DNA of 64,000 nucleotides from Candidatus Latescibacterota bacterium. GTDB taxonomy: Bacteria; Latescibacterota; UBA2968. Below the pieces are notes generated by a model that had not been told where the DNA came from, ran no database searches, and saw only the letters and a list, made by a program, of their open reading frames with translations. The stretch lies in assembly GCA_965204375.1 (NCBI GenBank), contig OZ241986.1, positions 4,448,001 through 4,512,000 on the forward strand. Reading direction: 5' to 3'. Shown here piece by piece: positions 9,725 to 19,712 of this stretch (positions within the stretch are counted from its first letter, which is position 1; every line of letters begins with the position of its first letter). The position numbers and the translations under genes were made by a program.

Positions 9725-9967
9725 ATGAATACTTATCGCAGGCGTCTTGTAGTCCAAGACCCCAAACAGATTGTGCTTTCTGATGTTCCTTTTCAAACAG
9801 GTCAAGAAGTGGAAATTACCCTGCGTTCAGTAGAGCAGCCCACAGTAGAGCGGAAGAATGAGTTACGCGCTCTGTTTAAGAAGACGCAATCACTTCCTCA
9901 GATTCAAACCCTCACAGAAGAGGATATTCTTGCTGAGATTGAAGCCTATCGGATTCGTATCAGCTAA
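9725..9967 (+). CDS. Small AbrB-like/antitoxin-like protein (paralogue of 22359-22598)
   Basis: IVLSDVPFQTGQEVEITL hairpin plus TEEDILAEIEAYR tail typical of antitoxin-like proteins; near-identical duplicate. Confidence 0.6.
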   Translation: MNTYRRRLVVQDPKQIVLSDVPFQTGQEVEITLRSVEQPTVERKNELRALFKKTQSLPQIQTLTEEDILAEIEAYRIRIS

Positions 9968-10032
9968 CTGCTGCCCGCTGACCACTATCTTATAGTCACA
10001 CCTGACGTGAACATAAAACAAAAGGCAGTACA

Positions 10033-10347
10033 ATGCTGGACCAATCAACATTGGACGACATCATCCGGCGCATTGTAGAGGTCGCTCATCCGGAGAAGAT
10101 CATTCTCTTTGGGTCCGCCGCGAGGGACGACCTGAACCGCCATAGCGACGTTGACCTGCTCGTCGTAAAGGACGACAGTGATCCGTGGGCTGTTATGGGA
10201 GACATCTACGGGAATCTGCGCGGCGTTGGTGTGGCAGTCGATGCAATCGTGGTCACGCCAGCGCAGATGGAACGTTACAAGGATAGTCACGCACTGGTGA
10301 TCAAGCCCGCACTGCGGGAGGGAAGAGTCATATATGAAGCCGCCTGA
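10033..10347 (+). CDS. Minimal nucleotidyltransferase (MNT) antitoxin
   Basis: IILFGSAARDD..HSDVDLLVV, VDAIV, ALREGRVIYE. Confidence 0.9.
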   Translation: MLDQSTLDDIIRRIVEVAHPEKIILFGSAARDDLNRHSDVDLLVVKDDSDPWAVMGDIYGNLRGVGVAVDAIVVTPAQMERYKDSHALVIKPALREGRVIYEAA

Positions 10348-10432
10348 ACGCTTCCCACTCGACGATCCTCGGGAATGGCTGAACCGCGCCAGAAGCAACC
10401 TGGTTCGGGCAAAAAACCGATTACCTTGTTGA
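10334..10432 (+). pseudogene. Truncated HEPN toxin (32 codons)
   Basis: Overlaps MNT stop; MKPPERFPLDDPREWLNRARSNLVRAK is a HEPN N-terminal helix, then TGA with no Rx4-6H motif. Confidence 0.75.
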
Positions 10433-10525
10433 CGACCTGCTTGGGCAATGGTTCTACATCCGCTTCGGCATTTGCCCCTTCTTCTGTTCTAAGGTCAGGT
10501 TAGGAGAAGAGAAAGGAGACATCCG

Positions 10526-11050
10526 ATGATCGCAAAAACCGTGTTGTTCGTGTTCGTCATTCTATTTCTTCCGCTTCAAAAGGGCGATGCCCAAGACCAA
10601 GAAGGGCGCGCCGAAGTCTTCCTTGCGATGGGCAGGCATGTCGAACTCAATGAGTTAGACGATTTGGGACCGCGGGATAACAAAATGTATCTGGCGGGAC
10701 ACCTGCTCTATAATTTTTCTGAAACGCAGTCCATCGGTGTGCGGTTTGGGCGCACAGCGCATTCAAAGATCGAATGGTTTGCCACATATCGGCATAGTTG
10801 GCGACAAAGACAGCCCACACGCATTTATTTTGGGGCTGGATTGGGTGCGAGCGAGTCTCTTGAAACTTTTTACGGCGGAGGTATGCGATTTTCTATGTCC
10901 TTCGCGGTGGGGATAAAGCGTTTTTTGGGAGAACATTGGTCTTTGGATCTTGAATCGAGAGGTGTGGGCTTTACGCAGAAAAAGGATCCATTTACAGATG
11001 AGACAGTCACTGTCAATGAACTCACATTTGCATTGGGATACCTGTTCTAA
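10526..11050 (+). CDS. Outer-membrane beta-barrel protein
   Basis: Signal peptide, amphipathic strands (IYFGAGLG, WSLDLESR), C-terminal LGYLF. Confidence 0.75.
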   Translation: MIAKTVLFVFVILFLPLQKGDAQDQEGRAEVFLAMGRHVELNELDDLGPRDNKMYLAGHLLYNFSETQSIGVRFGRTAHSKIEWFATYRHSWRQRQPTRIYFGAGLGASESLETFYGGGMRFSMSFAVGIKRFLGEHWSLDLESRGVGFTQKKDPFTDETVTVNELTFALGYLF

Positions 11051-11165
11051 CACGCAATGAAAGCGATTTTATATTTCGCAATGGTGCTGTTTTGGACTTG
11101 ACCCGTTTTGGTGGGTACCTTTCAAACGATACACAATGTTGTATTCCCATTTCGACCAGCCATCA

Positions 11166-11285
11166 GGTTGGTGGTACGATCGGAGGCATACTTTGCTTTG
11201 ACAGGTGAAGTATGCCTTCTCTTTTTATTTTTTGTTCTACAAAATAAGCGTATCATGTAATGCCCCGCAATTCAAGACAAAAATG
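11166..11285 (+). repeat. Intergenic repeat, family 2, copy B
   Basis: Matches 5501-5612; the hairpin here is followed by a T-rich tract. Confidence 0.8.
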
Positions 11286-11296
11286 TACCAGTCCTG

Positions 11297-12484
11297 ATGA
11301 CACCAAACTCTCGAGGTGGTGCGATGAACACTCAAAGCGAGCACAGAGACCAAATCCTCACAGCCCTTGAAGAGACGGCGAGCCATTACAAGGCGATCCT
11401 GGAAACCACCGTTGACGCGATTATCACGATTGACAGTCAGGGAATTGTACAAACATTCAATTCCGCTGCCGAGAAAATATTCGGCTATCAGGCTGAGGAA
11501 GTGATCGGAAACAATGTCAAGATGCTGATGCCCGAACCCTATCGAAGTGAACATGACAACTATATTGGCAGATATCTCAAAACCGGCGTACCCAAAATTA
11601 TCGGAATAGGACGTCAGGTGAACGGCCTGCGTAAAGATGGGACTGAATTTCCAATGGATCTGGCTGTCAGCGAGGTCCCCTTAAAAGACAAGCGATTATT
11701 TGCTGGCATTATCCGCGACATGACAGAGCGCATACTTTTGGAGGAGCAATTGGTGCAATCAACCAAACTCGCAGCCGTGGGGAGATTGATTAGCGGGATT
11801 GCACATGAGGTGAACAACCCCGTGAGCATTATCAAACTCCATATCGCCAGTGTGATGCAAAATATCGAAAGTCAAAAATTGCCAGAGGACCTGATCGAGA
11901 CACTAAGGGTCATTCAACGCCAGAACAATAAGATCGGGCAGATCATATCGGGGCTACAGGCTTTTTCTCGGCAGGAATCTTTCAGCCCTGACTGGATCAA
12001 TGTCAACCAGACCGTGCATACTGCCTTGAGACTGGTTGAAAATACGCTACAAAATCAGGACATTGTGTATCAGGCTGAATTGGAAGACAGTTTGCCCAAA
12101 GTGTTTTTGGATCCCATACGCATAGAGCAGGTGTTTTTGAACCTGTTTAACAATGCGATTGAAGCGATGCCCGATGGCGGTGTTTTGACCGTATCAACGA
12201 CACTGGAGACAGACCAGACAGATGAAGATTGGATGGTGATTCGGGTAAGAGATACAGGCACAGGCATTGAGAAAGAACATCTCACCCAGCTATTTGATCC
12301 ATTTTTTACAACCAAAGAAGTGGGTGAAGGAACGGGGCTGGGTCTTTCGGTCAGTTATGGTTTAATTCAAGAGCATGGAGGCCGAATTGAGGTGAGCAGT
12401 CAACCGGGCAAAGGCAGTGAGTTCCAGATTTATCTTCCCTTTAGACGAATAGACGAATCAACGAATAGACGGAACGGGGTATAA
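11297..12484 (+). CDS. PAS-domain sensor histidine kinase (FixL-like heme-PAS)
   Basis: LMPEPYRSEHDNYIGRYLKTG..IIGIGR..GLRKDGTEFP PAS; AHEVNNP H-box; N, G1, F and G2 boxes. Confidence 0.92.
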   Translation: MTPNSRGGAMNTQSEHRDQILTALEETASHYKAILETTVDAIITIDSQGIVQTFNSAAEKIFGYQAEEVIGNNVKMLMPEPYRSEHDNYIGRYLKTGVPKIIGIGRQVNGLRKDGTEFPMDLAVSEVPLKDKRLFAGIIRDMTERILLEEQLVQSTKLAAVGRLISGIAHEVNNPVSIIKLHIASVMQNIESQKLPEDLIETLRVIQRQNNKIGQIISGLQAFSRQESFSPDWINVNQTVHTALRLVENTLQNQDIVYQAELEDSLPKVFLDPIRIEQVFLNLFNNAIEAMPDGGVLTVSTTLETDQTDEDWMVIRVRDTGTGIEKEHLTQLFDPFFTTKEVGEGTGLGLSVSYGLIQEHGGRIEVSSQPGKGSEFQIYLPFRRIDESTNRRNGV

Positions 12485-12551
12485 CTGGTCGTTCCCAGAC
12501 CAGTTCATCAACGGAGCGGTGTAAAACTGGTCGTCTCCCAGACCAGTTCAT
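12469..12551. repeat. Two tandem REP-like hairpins
   Basis: GTATAACTGGTC..GACCAGTTCAT and GTAAAACTGGTC..GACCAGTTCAT, flanked by TAGACGAA motifs. Confidence 0.7.
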
Positions 12552-12648
12552 AGACGAATCCCGCCACCCAAAATGTATCCGCAGATGGACGCAGATGGGG
12601 AAGGCGCAGCTATACACCGTTTTGTACAGATGCACAGCGGAGAAAAAT

Positions 12649-14004
12649 ATGGACAAAGAGAAAATCCTCATCATAGATGACGAGCGGGACATGTTGCGCG
12701 GTTGCCAGAAGTTTTTGGGGACAGCAGGATACGCTGTTGTCGTGGCAGAATCAGGTGAGGATGGTCTCGCGTTGTTCGAGACAGAAAACCCCGACCTGAC
12801 CATTGTGGATTTGAAGATGCCCGGAATGGACGGGATGGCAGTACTTGAAAGCATTATGGCACGCGATCAAGAGGCTGTTGTGATCGTCTTTACCGGGTAT
12901 GGAACCATCGAGAGTGCCGTGAAAGCGATCAGGGCAGGCGCGTTCGACTTTGTTCAGAAACCATTTGATCCAGATGCATTTCTAATCGTGATAGAACGAG
13001 CATTGAAACTGCGGCAGGTGAGGATGGAGAACATAGCTCTGAAGCAAATGCTGGACACGCGGTTTCGATTCGAAAATATCATTGGGAATAGTGAGGCAAT
13101 CTCTCAGGTTTTTGATTTGATACGAAAAATCAGTAATACACCTGCCAATGTCCTGATCACAGGAGAGAGCGGAACGGGAAAAGAACTGGTGGCCCGGTGT
13201 ATTCATGCCAATAGCAAGCGCAGCCATAAGCCGTTTGTTCCGCTCAACTGCGGGGGCCTGCCAGAGCCTCTCATTGAAAGTGAGATATTTGGTCATACAG
13301 AGGGAGCATTCACAGATGCGAAACAGAACCGCGTAGGGTTAATCGAACACGCTAAGGGCGGGACATTTTTTCTCGATGAAATCGGGGAATTGCCCATGTC
13401 CCTTCAGGTGAAATTCTTGCGGGTTTTGGAAGACCACAAAATTCGCAGGCTGGGAAGCAATGAGGAGATAGAAATCGACATCCGTCTCATCTCAGCGACC
13501 AATCAGAATATCGAGGCGTTGATTGGAGAGGGCAGGTTTCGAGAAGATTTATTTTATCGACTTAACACATTTGAAATTCACTTACCGCCTCTCAGGGAAC
13601 GGCAGGGAGATATTCAACTTCTTACTCATCACTTTTTGAACTACTTCGCCGAGACCTCTGAAAAGGCGATTCAAGGTATTTCAACTGAGGCGATGGATGT
13701 ATTGTGCGAATATACCTGGCCAGGCAATGTGCGGGAATTGATGCATGTGATGGAGCGAGCCGTTGCCCTGTCAGAAGAAGATCGTGAAATTACGCCTGAT
13801 TTGTTCCCAGAGCCTATTGGGGGTAGCCTGGGGGTAGAGCCACAGACTAAAGGCCATTTAAAAGCGAGGGTCGCGGAGTTTGAAAAGCATATAATCCAGG
13901 ATGTGCTCAAGAAACACGCAGGCAATATCACGCATGCAGCTAAAGAATTAGGGCTGACCCGCGATGGTTTAATAAAAAAGATGGAGCGTCTAAAGATGCG
14001 TTAG
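12649..14004 (+). CDS. Sigma54-dependent response regulator (NtrC/AtoC family)
   Basis: REC (IDDE, DLKMPGMDG, KPF), GESGTGKE, GAFTDA, FLDEIGE, WPGNVREL, Fis-type HTH. Confidence 0.95.
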   Translation: MDKEKILIIDDERDMLRGCQKFLGTAGYAVVVAESGEDGLALFETENPDLTIVDLKMPGMDGMAVLESIMARDQEAVVIVFTGYGTIESAVKAIRAGAFDFVQKPFDPDAFLIVIERALKLRQVRMENIALKQMLDTRFRFENIIGNSEAISQVFDLIRKISNTPANVLITGESGTGKELVARCIHANSKRSHKPFVPLNCGGLPEPLIESEIFGHTEGAFTDAKQNRVGLIEHAKGGTFFLDEIGELPMSLQVKFLRVLEDHKIRRLGSNEEIEIDIRLISATNQNIEALIGEGRFREDLFYRLNTFEIHLPPLRERQGDIQLLTHHFLNYFAETSEKAIQGISTEAMDVLCEYTWPGNVRELMHVMERAVALSEEDREITPDLFPEPIGGSLGVEPQTKGHLKARVAEFEKHIIQDVLKKHAGNITHAAKELGLTRDGLIKKMERLKMR

Positions 14005-14027
14005 CAAATCGGACGTGACCTTGTGAG

Positions 14028-14078
14028 GTGTATAATTTTTTCGTGGTTTCTTTTCCAATCGTATAAAAAATTATACAC
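14028..14078. promoter_or_regulatory. Putative enhancer (UAS) for a sigma54 activator
   Basis: Perfect 14-bp inverted repeat GTGTATAATTTTTT / AAAAAATTATACAC, 110-160 bp upstream of a sigma54 promoter. Confidence 0.6.
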
Positions 14079-14185
14079 TCGCAGAAAGCGACAACTTATA
14101 GCACCTGAAACATAAAAATTTTATCTTTTTGTTTTTTCAAGCACTTGAGCGTTTTCAAGTGCTTTTTTTATTTTAAATGAACTTA

Positions 14186-14201
14186 TGGCACAAATTTTGC
14201 T
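14186..14201 (+). promoter_or_regulatory. Sigma54 -24/-12 promoter
   Basis: TGGCAC-AAATT-TTGCT matches consensus with exact spacing. Confidence 0.85.
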
Positions 14202-14256
14202 TAATAATAAAAGCGAAGACAGCAATAACATGAGATTTTTACATGTGAGGTGACTT

Positions 14257-14460
14257 ATGGTTATCCAGGAGCCTTTAACAAAACGTCTGGCGTATCGGTC
14301 TCTGATTTATGCCATGTTGGGCGACAAAACTCAATCTGAAGCATTGCGCGCAACGATGGATCGACTGAATCATCAAAGAGCAGGTTTAGAAGGTCAGTCA
14401 GGCAAAGACGATTCTGCAAAATCTTACCCCGGACCACAGGATACGATCTTTGAACGTTAA
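14257..14460 (+). CDS. Small hypothetical protein or gene remnant downstream of the sigma54 promoter
   Basis: GAGGTG RBS before ATG; no recognisable domain. Confidence 0.35.
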   Translation: MVIQEPLTKRLAYRSLIYAMLGDKTQSEALRATMDRLNHQRAGLEGQSGKDDSAKSYPGPQDTIFER

Positions 14461-14682
14461 TCGCATATCTTTAGGCGCGCTATCGCCATTAACTGGCAGT
14501 TGATGATGTATATTTGAGAGTGCTGGCTAAAGCGAATAACTGCTATGAGACAGACCTGATTGACCTGTTCAATACCCTTCGCAACATCTATGGGATTACA
14601 CCTGAGCATATTCATAAGTTCGCGGATCGAAATTCTACACTCCCACCAGACGCTCAAAAAAGAAAACAGAATGCCTGTTATA

Positions 14683-14722
14683 TGACAATTTTCAATACGT
14701 TTTTTCGGCACTGAATGTACAA
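14683..14722 (+). repeat. 40-bp perfect direct repeat, copy 1
   Basis: TGACAATTTTCAATACGTTTTTTCGGCACTGAATGTACAA identical to 19008-19047. Confidence 0.9.
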
Positions 14723-14749
14723 TCGAAGAGATTAAAAACTGAGGGAGGA

Positions 14750-16450
14750 ATGACCATGAAATCTCTCAAGATATGGCTCGTATTGCTTTCGATTGGATTC
14801 TTGCAGTGTGGCAAGTCTCCGGATTATTCTCAGGGACCGACAAGTTCTGGCGGTGAGGTTAGTATTCATCTGCTGAGTGTTGTGTATCAGCCGGACAAGG
14901 GTGCTGTTCTAATTCAATGGAACCAGACGGGTGATGCCGGCAAGGGCAATTTTCACATCCAACGCAAAGCAAGCGGTGGCGAGTTTGCAGAAATCGGTCA
15001 GAAAGCCGCTGATAGTTCGGGTTCTGATGCGGGCATTTTCTCTTTTTTAGACACAGAAGCACTTGCTGGCGAATTGATGTCTTATCGGGTAGTCTTGCGT
15101 TTGGAAGATAAGTGGACCTCTCCAAGCAATGTGCTGCAAACCCAGATACCTGGTGCAAGGTTGTTGGATGTGCGTCTTGACCCAAAGGCTGCAACGGTTC
15201 AGATACGTTGGTGGAATCCCGATGTAGAGCAGGGGATGACTTATGAGGTGGTTCGACGCATTGGAGAGGATTCAGAAGCAGTGGTGTATCGGACGATGGA
15301 TGCAGTGTCGAAAGCGTTTGTGGATGGACCGATAGTGGGAAACGAAGTGCATACATATTGGATTCGCACGCTGACGCAGGGGGGATCGAAGTTGGAAAGC
15401 AGGTCTCATGAAACGGGTCTCTACCTCCCATCTTACTCGACTCAGTTTACGAAAACACCCGAAATATCCGTACGTCTTGCGGTAGGTACTATTAGTTCCT
15501 ATACGACGCACCCGCTTCTTTGTGTATTTGAGGCTGGTGGTGTGACAATGCACCGCAAGGCATATTACCCACCAGAGAGTCGGGTAGTCCCTCCCGGAAG
15601 ACCGCCGACGGTTGATGAAGCATCTATCTATCTGAATGAGGGTCCTGCTCTGGCAACTTCTTCTATTTCTGCGGCAGGCTCTTCCTTACCAGTGATTTGG
15701 AATCCAGTGACTGCTCGTTTGGATGGCCGCCGCGACGGAGAGACTTTTATTGCGGGTATTGACCCTCATACACGAGCGATTCATATTAAGCTTTTTTCTA
15801 CCGATATGTCCAGATGGATTTTTCAGTTTATGTTACCGTATCCCTATCTATCTGAACCGCCTGTCTGGCATGTTGATTCCACTGACCGTATAGCCATGAC
15901 ACAAGAATTTGTAAAACGGTATGATCAGTATGATCATTGGCGGCTCTACGTGGTCGCAGGTGGCACGCTGAAAATTTTCAACATTTTTCAATTTAGGGAC
16001 CTTCCGAAGAGAGCTGAAATCGTTGAAGTGTGGTCTGAATTCATCCAGGCGACAACTCCACCTTATGATCTGTTATTCTGGAAAAACACGCTCTGGATGT
16101 CCTTTCCCAAAGAACACCGCCTTGTAAAAGCACAGATCGACTTTAGCAATGATGAAAAACCTCAGAATATTATCTGGCGCGATATTCCGCTGATGGATGG
16201 TATGCAGCCCAGCGCATTGACAGTCAATTTTTCAGGTCAGTTGTGTGTGCTGGATATGCACAACAGTAAAATTTGGATGCTAAATCAAGATGGCGATCCC
16301 ATAACCCATATTGAAGTCAAAGGTCCGGGTTTTATGCAGGACGGGCGCCTGAATGGCGATCTTGTCTCTGGTCTCGAAGAGGGACAGGATGTGCTCTATG
16401 TGCTCAAACCATCGGGTCATCTGATGGTGCTTAAGACCGAGATGCCATGA
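14750..16450 (+). CDS. Putative lipoprotein with two FN3-like domains and a beta-propeller-like C-terminus
   Basis: Lipobox-like FLQC, W...F/Y.I.R and F.D...Y.V FN3 patterns twice, PSALTVN..GQLCVLD NHL-like blade. Confidence 0.6.
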   Translation: MTMKSLKIWLVLLSIGFLQCGKSPDYSQGPTSSGGEVSIHLLSVVYQPDKGAVLIQWNQTGDAGKGNFHIQRKASGGEFAEIGQKAADSSGSDAGIFSFLDTEALAGELMSYRVVLRLEDKWTSPSNVLQTQIPGARLLDVRLDPKAATVQIRWWNPDVEQGMTYEVVRRIGEDSEAVVYRTMDAVSKAFVDGPIVGNEVHTYWIRTLTQGGSKLESRSHETGLYLPSYSTQFTKTPEISVRLAVGTISSYTTHPLLCVFEAGGVTMHRKAYYPPESRVVPPGRPPTVDEASIYLNEGPALATSSISAAGSSLPVIWNPVTARLDGRRDGETFIAGIDPHTRAIHIKLFSTDMSRWIFQFMLPYPYLSEPPVWHVDSTDRIAMTQEFVKRYDQYDHWRLYVVAGGTLKIFNIFQFRDLPKRAEIVEVWSEFIQATTPPYDLLFWKNTLWMSFPKEHRLVKAQIDFSNDEKPQNIIWRDIPLMDGMQPSALTVNFSGQLCVLDMHNSKIWMLNQDGDPITHIEVKGPGFMQDGRLNGDLVSGLEEGQDVLYVLKPSGHLMVLKTEMP

Positions 16451-16473
16451 TGGTATGACAGAGAAATGGGTCG

Positions 16474-18867
16474 ATGCTCAAAAATTACTTCACAGTTTCA
16501 ATTCGAAACGTACTGCGAAACCGCATCTATTCCCTGATCAATATTTTGGGCCTGGCAATGGGCATCGCGCTTTGCATTCTGGTCTATCTCTATGTTTATC
16601 ACGAGTGGACTTACGACACATTTCACGAAAATGCAGACCGCATTTACAGGGTCTATAAAATAGAAGAGCGGGCACGCGGTCAAACATCACATGGGGCCTA
16701 TGTTCGCGCCCCCTTATCACTGGCACTTGAGAATCGATTCGCGGACATTGAGCACTGCGTTAGACTCACAAAAAAGAAGGTCCAGGTGAATTATGGCGAT
16801 AACGCCTTTCATGAAAATATACTCTTTGTCGATACGGGTTTTTTCGATGTATTCACTTTTCCGCTGCTTCAGGGACAATCTGAATCTGTTTTCAGGCATA
16901 AAAATGCGATTATTTTGAGCGAGAGGATGGCCCGTAAATATTTCGGTGATGAATATCCTCTATATGAAAAACTCTCAATAAAATTATGGGAAGTACACGA
17001 ATTTATCGTCACGGGAATTGTGCAAAATCCTCCTGAAAACTCCAGTATTCAATTTGATTTTTTACTCCCCTATCAGAGCATGCCTCTTTTTGGAACGGAT
17101 ATCGACAGTTGGAATATTTATATGCCAACTTCGCTTTATGTCCAATTGCCCGGTACGGCACGGGCGACAGACCTTGAAGCGCGATTTCCAGACCTTGTTG
17201 AAGCGGTCATAAATAAAAGCGCGAGCAGGTTCCCATTCCAGTTAAAACTGCAACCGATAACAGACATACATCTCAATCCCGACATTCCTGGCCCTGAATC
17301 TGTGGGCAATCCGATATATGCCTATATTTTATCGGGCATTGCACTGGGAGTTCTCCTGATTGCGTGTATCAATTTTATGAACCTGTCCATTGCGGTTTCT
17401 TTCACGCGCGCAAAAGAAATTGGCATGCGCAAGGTGGTTGGTGCTTCACGCACGCAACTCGTTCAGCAATTCTGGTGTGAGTCATTTTTGTTGACATTGA
17501 TCTCCTGTGTTCTTGGCGCGGTGCTGGCAGCCTCTTTTTTGCCGACCTTTAATCGTTTGATAGATAAACATCTCTCTGTTGATTATTACATCCATAACAT
17601 GACGCTTGTCATCCTTCTTGGCCTGATCTTTTGCGTGAGCTTTATTGCTGGCGGTTATCCCGCAGCATTCTTATCGGGGTTTCGTCCTGTAGAATCATTA
17701 AAAAATACATTGAATATCGAGTGGAGAAATTATTTTCGTCAGGGTTTTGTCCTTTTTCAGTTCATCCTATCTACATTTTTTATCATCAGCACGATTCTTA
17801 TGTACAGTCAAATAGGTTTTTTGAAATCCAAAAATTTGGGTTTTGATGCAGAGCAAATCGTTGTATTCCGCATCGGCAATTTGGAATCTTCTGATCAGGC
17901 GAGGATGCTGGATATTTTCAAGAATGAATTACCCAAACATCCTGCCATCATCGGGGTCTCTGGGGCTTCTTTTATATTTAACGATCCATTCATCGGACGC
18001 GCTTTTTATTCGATAAAAAAAGGGGATAGAAAACGAACTGAGATTCATCGTTTGGGTGTTGATTCCAATTTTTTTAGTATGCTCGATATTGACTTAGATA
18101 GTGGTCGCGGTTTTAGGCAGAGGATCGCGCCCGATGGCATTGTGATAAACAATGCGTGGAAAGAGACTTTTAAGTGGGATGAACCGACGGAAAATCATGT
18201 CAGATATAGATTTGAAGACTTGCGATATCCCACACTCCAAAATCCTCGAGTAATCGGCGTTGTAGAAGATTTTCATTATCTGTCACTACATCATGCGATT
18301 AAACCCACCATTTTCTATCAGACTTCCTCACCCAGATATTTGTACGTTAAAATTCGTTCTGACAATATCTCCACTGCGCTATCATTAATAAAAGATAGGT
18401 GGAACGAATTCGATGCTGGCCTTCCTCTCGAATACATATTTCTCGACAAACACGTTGAACGTCAGTATCAAGAAGAAGAAAGGTGGGGACAAGTTGTTGC
18501 CTACGCTTCCTGTTTTGCAATTGTTATCGCCTGCCTCGGTGCCTTTGGCTCGACAATGCTTGCAATGACCCGGAGAACAAAAGAGATTGGCATTCGAAAA
18601 ATTCTCGGTGCTTCTGTAATGCATATTATCTCGTTGGTTTCAAGAGACTTTATACGACTGGTGTTCATTGGCAATATGATTGCCTGGCCTATTGTCTATT
18701 ATGTGATAGATCGATGGTTACAGGATTTTTCTTACCGCATTGATCCCAATATTGGGCATTTTCTATGCGGCGGGGGACTCGTCGTGCTCATCGTATTTTT
18801 GACGGTGGGCTGTTTAGCTGTCAAAGTCGCCAAAAATGATCCCGTGAAAGCCATTCGGTATGAATAG
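16474..18867 (+). CDS. ABC transporter permease, MacB/FtsX family (duplicated type)
   Basis: MLKNYF start, LQPITDIHL, ACINFMNL, RAKEIGMRKVVGA and RTKEIGIRKILGAS, DPVKAIRYE end. Confidence 0.93.
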   Translation: MLKNYFTVSIRNVLRNRIYSLINILGLAMGIALCILVYLYVYHEWTYDTFHENADRIYRVYKIEERARGQTSHGAYVRAPLSLALENRFADIEHCVRLTKKKVQVNYGDNAFHENILFVDTGFFDVFTFPLLQGQSESVFRHKNAIILSERMARKYFGDEYPLYEKLSIKLWEVHEFIVTGIVQNPPENSSIQFDFLLPYQSMPLFGTDIDSWNIYMPTSLYVQLPGTARATDLEARFPDLVEAVINKSASRFPFQLKLQPITDIHLNPDIPGPESVGNPIYAYILSGIALGVLLIACINFMNLSIAVSFTRAKEIGMRKVVGASRTQLVQQFWCESFLLTLISCVLGAVLAASFLPTFNRLIDKHLSVDYYIHNMTLVILLGLIFCVSFIAGGYPAAFLSGFRPVESLKNTLNIEWRNYFRQGFVLFQFILSTFFIISTILMYSQIGFLKSKNLGFDAEQIVVFRIGNLESSDQARMLDIFKNELPKHPAIIGVSGASFIFNDPFIGRAFYSIKKGDRKRTEIHRLGVDSNFFSMLDIDLDSGRGFRQRIAPDGIVINNAWKETFKWDEPTENHVRYRFEDLRYPTLQNPRVIGVVEDFHYLSLHHAIKPTIFYQTSSPRYLYVKIRSDNISTALSLIKDRWNEFDAGLPLEYIFLDKHVERQYQEEERWGQVVAYASCFAIVIACLGAFGSTMLAMTRRTKEIGIRKILGASVMHIISLVSRDFIRLVFIGNMIAWPIVYYVIDRWLQDFSYRIDPNIGHFLCGGGLVVLIVFLTVGCLAVKVAKNDPVKAIRYE

Positions 18868-19007
18868 GCGCACTTTTATACTATTTACGGTAAGACAGGA
18901 AATTTATAGAAATGAGATATTCTCTTTCAATTTTATTCCTCGTGTTTTCTGCGTCGCGGCTAAATCCAGTGATCCTTATGGTGACGCACTCAGCCCATCC
19001 ACAACAT

Positions 19008-19047
19008 TGACAATTTTCAATACGTTTTTTCGGCACTGAATGTACAA
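19008..19047 (+). repeat. 40-bp perfect direct repeat, copy 2
   Basis: Identical to 14683-14722, directly before a GGAGG RBS. Confidence 0.9.
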
Positions 19048-19057
19048 GGGAGGAGAT

Positions 19058-19711
19058 ATGAGATACTTTATGGGTATTCTGATATTAGCGGTCCTGTTCT
19101 ATCCCGCCTCGATTCTTGGACAACCGACACTCTCTATTAGGGAGGGCCTGAATCTGGCAACCTTGAGCGGAGAGATAATGGATAGGCATCCAGTGAATGC
19201 ACGCGCCACCCTCAAGATGGGTGTTTCCGGGACTTTTCCAGTACGGGGCAGATTTGGCTTTCAACTCAATGGTGACTATGTGCAAAAGGGTGCTCATGAC
19301 TTCTTATACGATTTCATCATAGAAGTTGACTATATTGAGTTTTCTGGGCTAGTCAATATCACACTTATCTCCCCCTATCGTGCCCCTTCTTTATTTATAC
19401 TCGCAGGGCCATCAGTGGCATTCAAAGTTAGGAGCGAGGGCGAACAGTTAGCGAGAAGACACTGGAGAGACCGCTTCGAGTTCAAGACCACAGACTTTGG
19501 TATCATTGTAGGACTTGGCACGCAAATGACATTTTCTGAAGCGATGATACTCAAGGCAGAATTGCTATACACCGAGGGCATCCAATCTATTAACAAAACC
19601 ATTTTCGATGATCCCAACTATAGAATGGGAAAAGCCAATAGTATTAGAAACCGAGCGCTCTCCGTCTGTGTCGGATTCGGTTTTCCTTATGGGCGAAGAA
19701 CGGGAGGTTAA
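19058..19711 (+). CDS. Porin-family / outer-membrane beta-barrel protein
   Basis: Signal peptide, GLNLA, YVQKG, AGPSVAF, DFGIIVGLG, NRALSVCVGF pattern. Confidence 0.8.
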   Translation: MRYFMGILILAVLFYPASILGQPTLSIREGLNLATLSGEIMDRHPVNARATLKMGVSGTFPVRGRFGFQLNGDYVQKGAHDFLYDFIIEVDYIEFSGLVNITLISPYRAPSLFILAGPSVAFKVRSEGEQLARRHWRDRFEFKTTDFGIIVGLGTQMTFSEAMILKAELLYTEGIQSINKTIFDDPNYRMGKANSIRNRALSVCVGFGFPYGRRTGG

Positions 19712-19712
19712 A

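Noticed and set aside
13300-13320. GAFTDA instead of GAFTGA implying a sigma54-independent regulator
   Set aside because: Common variant, and a consensus sigma54 promoter lies immediately downstream
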